From Campylobacterota bacterium (GTDB taxonomy: Bacteria; Campylobacterota; Campylobacteria; Campylobacterales; Arcobacteraceae), in contig JAYEPG010000214.1 of the NCBI GenBank assembly GCA_034723795.1, forward strand, positions 1 through 53,754: a stretch of 53,754 bases of DNA, written 5' to 3'. The notes below the pieces were generated by a model. The model had not been told where the DNA came from and searched no databases. It worked only from the letters and a program-made list of their open reading frames with translations. Below, piece by piece: positions 48,025-53,754 of the stretch (position 1 is the first letter of the stretch; each line of letters opens with the position of its first letter). Position numbers and translations under genes: made by a program.

Positions 48025-49786
48025 CTTTAATATATCCTAAGTCTATAAGTTTATTGTAAATTTTTCCTACCATTGGTCCAGCAGCTGAACCACCATGACC
48101 ACCATGCTCTACAAGTATTGTTATAACATATTTTGGTTTTTTATATGGAGCATAAGTTGTAAGCCACGCTTGTGATCTTTGAAAGTATTCTAGTTCATGC
48201 TCTTTCATCCTTACTTTTTCAGATTGAGGGATACCTACAACTTGAGCAGTTCCTGTTTTTCCTGCTACGACTGTTCTTGCTTTTATATAGTTTACAGCAG
48301 TACCTTTTGGTTTATTTGCAACGTGATACATCCCTTTTTGGATGATTTTTATATCTCTTTTTGAGATATTTGTATCTATACTTTTTATTAAACTATCATC
48401 TTTTAAAAGATGTGGTACTTGTAGTTTATTTGTTGCCATTGCACCTGTATATCTAGCTATTTGCATAGGAGTAACACTAATAAAACCTTGACCAATAGAT
48501 GCAACAACAGTTTCTCCAACATACCAAGGTAGTTTTTTAGTTATTTTTTTCCATTTTTTATCTGGGTTTATCCCTTTTGATTCATTTGGTAAATCTATAC
48601 CAGTTTTATGACCAATAGCAAATCTATCTAATGTGTTATGAATATTATTTATTCCAACTTTTAAACTACCTTTATAGAAGAAATCATCGCAACTTTCTCT
48701 AATAGCTTTTACAAAACCAGTTCTATGGTGACCTTTGTTATTCCAACATCTAAATTTTCTATTTCCAAGTAAAAGTTCCCCTGTACAGTATACTGAGTAA
48801 TTAGGTTTTATTTTATTTTCTAAAAATGACAATGCAATACCCATTTTCATAACAGAACCTGGCGGGTATAATCCATTTATTAGTTTATTTGTAAATGGAT
48901 GGTTAAAATCTTCTTGGATATTTTTCCAATCTTTATGACTGATACCATTAACAAAAAGATTGTTATCAAACTCTGGAAAACTACCTGCTGCTAGAAGTTC
49001 ACCATTGTGAATATCCATAACTACAACAGCACCTGCTTTTTTACCAAATAGTTTATGGATATATTGTTGTAGTTCAATATCTATAGTTAAATCTATATCT
49101 TTTTTAGTAGGTTTTACCTGTTCTAATAGTTTTATTTTTTCATATACTGCATTTACTTTATACTTTTCATAACCTACAGTTCCTCTTAAAAGTTTATCAT
49201 AGTATTTTTCTAAGCCAGTTCTACCTATTTGATTAAAATGTTTTAATTGTGGGTCTTTACTTATGTTTTTTTGTGAAACTCTTCCCACATATCCTAGAAT
49301 ATGTGCTGCGACATCTTTGTATAGATATTCTCTTTTTATAGCTGATTCTATTTTGATATTTTCATTTGAGTTAAATATTGAATAGTATTTAAATAAATCA
49401 TCATAATCAATATAGTCAACTATTTTTATCCATTCGTGTTTATATGGAGAATCAAGTTGTTTATATCTTTTTAATAGTTTTTCATATTTAAAGTTTGGAA
49501 AATGTTTTACAATAAGTTTAGCTACATCTTCAACTGTTTTAAACTTTTTTTTACTTCGTAAGTGCGGTTTTATTGTGATACTAAAACCAACTTTATTTAC
49601 TGCTAGATATTTTCCATTTCTATCTTTGATTGAGCCTCTAACAGCTACTGTATGAAACTTTTTTATATAATTCTCTTTAGATAACTCTTCATAGTGATCG
49701 TGAGATTGTACACTAATATAATAGACTCTAACTAATAACAATATTGATATAGATATAATAAATCCAATGATAAAATTTAGTCTCAT
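48014..49786 (-). CDS. mrdA: Penicillin-binding protein 2
   Basis: RGSIKDRNG, PPGSVMK, ESCD, GKTGTAQV, EHGGHG. Confidence 0.96.
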   Translation of the reverse strand: MRLNFIIGFIISISILLLVRVYYISVQSHDHYEELSKENYIKKFHTVAVRGSIKDRNGKYLAVNKVGFSITIKPHLRSKKKFKTVEDVAKLIVKHFPNFKYEKLLKRYKQLDSPYKHEWIKIVDYIDYDDLFKYYSIFNSNENIKIESAIKREYLYKDVAAHILGYVGRVSQKNISKDPQLKHFNQIGRTGLEKYYDKLLRGTVGYEKYKVNAVYEKIKLLEQVKPTKKDIDLTIDIELQQYIHKLFGKKAGAVVVMDIHNGELLAAGSFPEFDNNLFVNGISHKDWKNIQEDFNHPFTNKLINGLYPPGSVMKMGIALSFLENKIKPNYSVYCTGELLLGNRKFRCWNNKGHHRTGFVKAIRESCDDFFYKGSLKVGINNIHNTLDRFAIGHKTGIDLPNESKGINPDKKWKKITKKLPWYVGETVVASIGQGFISVTPMQIARYTGAMATNKLQVPHLLKDDSLIKSIDTNISKRDIKIIQKGMYHVANKPKGTAVNYIKARTVVAGKTGTAQVVGIPQSEKVRMKEHELEYFQRSQAWLTTYAPYKKPKYVITILVEHGGHGGSAAGPMVGKIYNKLIDLGYIKDGK

Positions 49787-50211
49787 AAAAGAACCCCTAC
49801 AATAATAAAATCAATAATAAGATTTATTAAAAATATAAAATAACTACTTGTATCAAAACTATTTGTATAAATATGAAATAAAAACATTATTGCATAAAAA
49901 CTAATAATATAAAATATCTCTTTTAATGTATTTGATGAAAAAAGATGTTTGATTTTTGGTATGATAAAATAGTATAAAAAAAGTGATATTAAACTTAATG
50001 AAAAGATTTTAAATCCATGAGTACTTTCAATAACAAAAAAAGTAAATATTGATAATATAAGCATATAATAATACTCTTTTTTTAAACACTCTAAAAATAT
50101 AGTAAATACAACTCCTGCTAAAAATAAACTTATAAAGTAAGTACTAAATAAAATATTTACAATAATAACAATAAAGAAAATAGGGATATAAAATAATGTA
50201 TTTTTTTTCAT
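49783..50211 (-). CDS. Hydrophobic membrane protein coupled to mrdA, possibly MreD-like
   Basis: 142 aa, about 5 TM segments, 4-nt overlap with the mrdA start. Confidence 0.65.
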   Translation of the reverse strand: MKKNTLFYIPIFFIVIIVNILFSTYFISLFLAGVVFTIFLECLKKEYYYMLILSIFTFFVIESTHGFKIFSLSLISLFLYYFIIPKIKHLFSSNTLKEIFYIISFYAIMFLFHIYTNSFDTSSYFIFLINLIIDFIIVGVLL

Positions 50212-50790
50212 TTAAATATCTTTCAAAATCATATCTCTAAAAAGCTTATCTGATAAGTTTTCAAACTCTTTATGACTTCCTTCAAGTATAAGTGTAATAT
50301 CATTTTGAAACAATTTTTCTTTTATATTTATCTCAAATGATGATATGATATATTCAACTTGTGATAACAGTGAGTATGAGATGGTTAAACTTTTTTTGGT
50401 TAGTTTAACATATTTTAAAATATCTGCATCTTGAAGAACCAAATTAACTGCATCACTATAGGCTTTAACTAATCCACCAGTTCCAAGTCTAATTCCACCA
50501 AAATATCTTACTATTATAACTGCTGTATTTATTAATTCATTTCCAGCAAGTACATTTAAAGTTGGTTTTCCTGAAGTGCCTTTTGGTTCACCATCATCAC
50601 TGCTATTTTCTACTATTTGATCAAATTCATTTAAATATCTGTAGGCGTAAACAAAATGTCTACCTTTTGGATGCTCAGATTTTAATCTATCCATCATAGA
50701 TTTAAATTCACTGTATGGGCAAATATGTGTGATAAATTTAGATCTTTTTATCTCAAGAGTATCGCTTATCTCTTTTTGAATAAACTTCAT
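50212..50790 (-). CDS. yigZ: YigZ/IMPACT family protein
   Basis: EIKRSKF, SDDGEPKGTSG, VRYFGGIRLGTGGLVKAY. Confidence 0.95.
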   Translation of the reverse strand: MKFIQKEISDTLEIKRSKFITHICPYSEFKSMMDRLKSEHPKGRHFVYAYRYLNEFDQIVENSSDDGEPKGTSGKPTLNVLAGNELINTAVIIVRYFGGIRLGTGGLVKAYSDAVNLVLQDADILKYVKLTKKSLTISYSLLSQVEYIISSFEINIKEKLFQNDITLILEGSHKEFENLSDKLFRDMILKDI

Positions 50791-50797
50791 TGTAGTG

Positions 50798-51622
50798 TTA
50801 ACCGATTAATTCGTTATATATCTCTTTTACATTTTGTCCAGTTAATTTTGAGATTAGTTTTGCTTTTTGTTTTGGTGGTAGTTTTAGTTCGCTAATATCT
50901 TCTAAAGTGATGATACCTTTGTTTTCATTAGCTTTATTTTCTATTACAACTACCCATTCACCTTTTATTTCTGTTTTTTTAACTTGAGTAAGTACCTGTG
51001 ATACTTCACCTTTATATCTTGTTTGATATTTTTTAGTAAGCTCTTTTGTTAAAAATATAACTCTTGAAGGTTCTTTTTCATTTAACTCTTCTAAAAGTTT
51101 TAGAAGTCTATGTGGTGACTCATATAAAATAGCTAAGTGGTCACTATTTAAAACTTGGTCAAGTTTATCTTTTCTATCATTCCCTTTATGTGGTAGGAAA
51201 CCAAAAAAAGTAAATGTGGTATTTATAAATCCACTACTTGCATATGCAGTTAAAATAGCATTTGCCCCAGGAAGTACATCAAACTCAATTTCATTTTCTA
51301 AACAAAAACCTACAAGTAAACTACCAGGATCACTAACACATGGCATACCAGCATCGCTCATATAGATACAGTTGTTATTTTGAAGTAACTCTTGATTTTC
51401 TTTACCATTTTGATTGATGAAATCTTTTTCATTATGTGAATGTAAACTTATAAAAGTAAATTGAGGGAATTTTATATCAAGTTTCATAGATATAAGATTT
51501 AGAAGTTTTTTTGTTACCCTTGTGTCTTCACAAAGGATAACATCCCCAGCTTTTAAAACTTCAATAGTTCTAAAAGAGACATCTCCTAAATTTCCTATAG
51601 GAGTGGGGATAAATGTCAGCAT
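50798..51622 (-). CDS. rsmI: 16S rRNA (cytidine1402-2'-O)-methyltransferase
   Basis: PTPIGNLGD, CEDTR, SDAGMPCVSDPG, YESPHRL, KELTK. Confidence 0.97.
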   Translation of the reverse strand: MLTFIPTPIGNLGDVSFRTIEVLKAGDVILCEDTRVTKKLLNLISMKLDIKFPQFTFISLHSHNEKDFINQNGKENQELLQNNNCIYMSDAGMPCVSDPGSLLVGFCLENEIEFDVLPGANAILTAYASSGFINTTFTFFGFLPHKGNDRKDKLDQVLNSDHLAILYESPHRLLKLLEELNEKEPSRVIFLTKELTKKYQTRYKGEVSQVLTQVKKTEIKGEWVVVIENKANENKGIITLEDISELKLPPKQKAKLISKLTGQNVKEIYNELIG

Positions 51623-51822
51623 TATTTCATTGCGTATCTAGCTTTGAATTTTTCGATTCTACCAGCTGCATCTACGATTTTCTCTTCACCTGTAAAGAAT
51701 GGGTGACAAGCGTTACAAATATCAATTCTCATTGTATCAACATTTGATTTAGTTTCGAAAGCATTTCCACAAGCACATGTTACAGCACAAGTTTTATAAT
51801 CTGGGTGTATATCTTTTTTCAT
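51622..51822 (-). CDS. rpmE: 50S ribosomal protein L31 (zinc-binding type)
   Basis: [21 protein letters not shown]. Confidence 0.99.
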   Translation of the reverse strand: MKKDIHPDYKTCAVTCACGNAFETKSNVDTMRIDICNACHPFFTGEEKIVDAAGRIEKFKARYAMK

Positions 51823-51848
51823 TTTATTTCCTTTTGTTTTTTCTTTTT

Positions 51849-51904
51849 TAAAGGTACGCTTCTAGTGTCGCCCTTTATTAAGATGTTAAATTTTGTGGAT
51901 TATA
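51849..51904 (-). promoter_or_regulatory. rpmE promoter and leader hairpin
   Basis: TATAAT at 51904-51899; leader TAAAGGGCGACACTAGAAGCGTACCTTTA. Confidence 0.55.
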
Positions 51905-51921
51905 CTTAAAAATAGATAAAT

Positions 51922-52890
51922 CTAAAATAAATCGATACTACTTATCCCTTCTTTTGTATAAACAGCTATTTTTCCTCTACCTATATTTTTTGCTTCATAT
52001 AAAAAGCTATCTGCATTTTTTAGTACTTGATTTATATCATTATTATCATCTGGATACGATGATATTCCTACACATATTGTTTTTTTAAGTTTTTGTTGAG
52101 TCTCTTCGTTTACAACAACTTCAACTTGGGCAAATTCATCTATTATTTTTTGTGATATATTTAATATTTTTGATTGGTTTGATTTATTTACTAAAGCAAC
52201 TAAAAATTCATCACCTGTTAATCTAGCAACAATATCAAAATCATCTATGTTACTATGTATCACTTTAGCAAGTTCTACTAAAACTTTATCCCCAATATCA
52301 TAATCAAACTCATCAATCACAGCTTTAAAGTGATCAATACCAATCATAAGAAATGTTATGTTTTCCTCTTTTTTATTTGATAAAGCTGTTAATTTACGTA
52401 TATGTTCTGTTAGATATTTTCTACTATAAACATGTGTAACACTATCAATAGATGATGCTTCAATATGATGTTTTTTCACTATACCATTTTGTAAAATAGG
52501 TGATATTTGAAAAAATGCTGCTTCAATATAACTATAGTCATCATCTATTTTTTTATAATGTTCTGTAGAATTTGCAGTAAAAGATAAGACAGCATTAAGT
52601 TCAGTATGAGTATTTATTATAAAATAAAAAGATAATTCACCATCTAAAAAGAACTCTTCACCTGTTTTAAAAACAATATTAGTTTGATTTGTTTCCATAT
52701 CAAACAAAGAGAAATTTAAGTTATTTATATTGTAGGTTACATTTAACCAATTATATAAGTTAATTGCCATCTCATTTAAATTTTCGCAATATTGTAGCTG
52801 TTCATATAAATTATAGATATTCTCTAGAGATTTAAACTTATTCTCATCACTATATGCTTCTTTAATTAGTTCCATCATTTGATTTTTCAT
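51922..52890 (-). CDS. GGDEF-domain protein with degenerate active site
   Basis: FLMIGIDHFK, GDKVL, ARLTGDEF, LYEAKNIGR. Confidence 0.88.
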   Translation of the reverse strand: MKNQMMELIKEAYSDENKFKSLENIYNLYEQLQYCENLNEMAINLYNWLNVTYNINNLNFSLFDMETNQTNIVFKTGEEFFLDGELSFYFIINTHTELNAVLSFTANSTEHYKKIDDDYSYIEAAFFQISPILQNGIVKKHHIEASSIDSVTHVYSRKYLTEHIRKLTALSNKKEENITFLMIGIDHFKAVIDEFDYDIGDKVLVELAKVIHSNIDDFDIVARLTGDEFLVALVNKSNQSKILNISQKIIDEFAQVEVVVNEETQQKLKKTICVGISSYPDDNNDINQVLKNADSFLYEAKNIGRGKIAVYTKEGISSIDLF

Positions 52891-53067
52891 AGCATATAGT
52901 TTAACTTTTTTCCTCTTAGTTTATAATAAAATTTTATTTTATTTAACATCATATAAATTGAAGAAGATTCTTAAATTCTAAATTTTTGTAATATTTATTT
53001 TAAATTTAGTAACAATTTTAAGTAAATAATAATATAATGCACTATTAAAAAAAGGTATCTTATAATT

Positions 53068-53286
53068 ATGAATAAACACAACATGAAATTATTTTTTATA
53101 TCCGCAACTGTTGCATTGGTTTTATTGACAATTGTTTCTATAAATTTTTCAAAAGCGTTTAGCTCAAAAGAAAATATCCAAAACTTTCAAATTTCTATTA
53201 AATTTTCTATGAATGTATCTAGTGTTATCCATGAACTGCAAAAAGAGAGGGGAGGGATTGTCTTCTGGGTATATTTATTTAGTTAG
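53068..53286 (+). pseudogene. Truncated nitrate/nitrite-sensing (NIT) domain receptor
   Basis: TM segment then SSVIHELQKERG; removing the duplicated GGGA (53250-53257) gives KERGLSSGY; similarity ends shortly after. Confidence 0.7.
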
Positions 53287-53639
53287 AAAGTGCCTATTTA
53301 TGGGTATTTATAGTTTTTTATTTTTGTACGATACTATCCAGCTTCCGCAACCTATTATTTTCAATCCCTTTTAGGTAATTGTGCTAATATTGTGTCAGAA
53401 ATAAGTATATTCAGCTATGAAAAGGAGCTTTAAATGTTGTTAGAAGTCGTTGTTCATAGGTGTTTATCGTTGTGCTATCCAAAATGGATAGAATTTTATA
53501 TAGAATTGCCTTTGGGTTAGATTACTTTATATATATCATTTTGGTATCTATAAATATGTAGTTAATTAATAACTTGGGTTTAACCTTAGATATGTTAAGT
53601 TACACCTTGTTATAATCACACATAATAAAGGATAAAAAT

Positions 53640-53754
53640 ATGAAAATGATGAAAAAAGTATCATTGGTTGTTGCATCAATTGCAGCAATAGGTATGTTTA
53701 GTACAGCAAATGCTGATAAACTTGATGATGTTATCAAGTCTGGTACATTAAATT
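53640..53754 (+). CDS. Amino-acid ABC transporter substrate-binding protein, N-terminus (partial)
   Basis: RBS AAGGA; MKMMKKVSLVVASIAAIGMFSTANA-DKLDDVIKSGTLN is a typical family-3 SBP start. Confidence 0.8.
   Translation, partial: MKMMKKVSLVVASIAAIGMFSTANADKLDDVIKSGTLN

Noticed and set aside
53338-53352. CCAGCTTCCGCAACC as an IS terminal repeat
   Set aside because: Only a vague resemblance from memory; no partner repeat or transposase fragment was found.

Overview
Very AT-rich bacterial chromosomal window. Gene content, gene order and promoter style point to Campylobacterota, probably Arcobacteraceae-like (inference). The backbone is housekeeping: argC end, ffh-rpsP-khpA-rimM, ilvD-clpS-clpA, a duplicated tRNA-Leu(TAA)/tRNA-Ser(TGA) pair, secG-frr-pyrE, queH, thrS-infC-rpmI-rplT, plsY-folB, queF and rpmE-rsmI-yigZ-mrdA. 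Accessory material includes three type II toxin-antitoxin loci (YefM-YoeB, HipBA, toxin-first RelE/HigB type), four histidine kinases with no adjacent stand-alone response regulator, exported sulfur-handling proteins and several genes decaying by internal deletion. The strongest leads are three. (1) An 18-bp palindrome precedes each of three accessory units between ffh and clpA, and in two cases it lies exactly 10 nt upstream of a -10 box, like WYL-regulator promoters. (2) A seven-gene cluster combines NosL-domain proteins, a LolCDE/FtsX-type ABC system, a porin and a Cys-motif membrane protein with no nosZ in the window; both NosL proteins carry what looks like a heme-less cytochrome c-like domain. 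(3) There are candidate cryptic SspB and MreD homologues, candidate L20 and L31 leader RNAs, and a lone REPIN-like element. No CRISPR array, rRNA, integrase or transposase was seen. All family calls come from motif recognition by eye; no searches were run.
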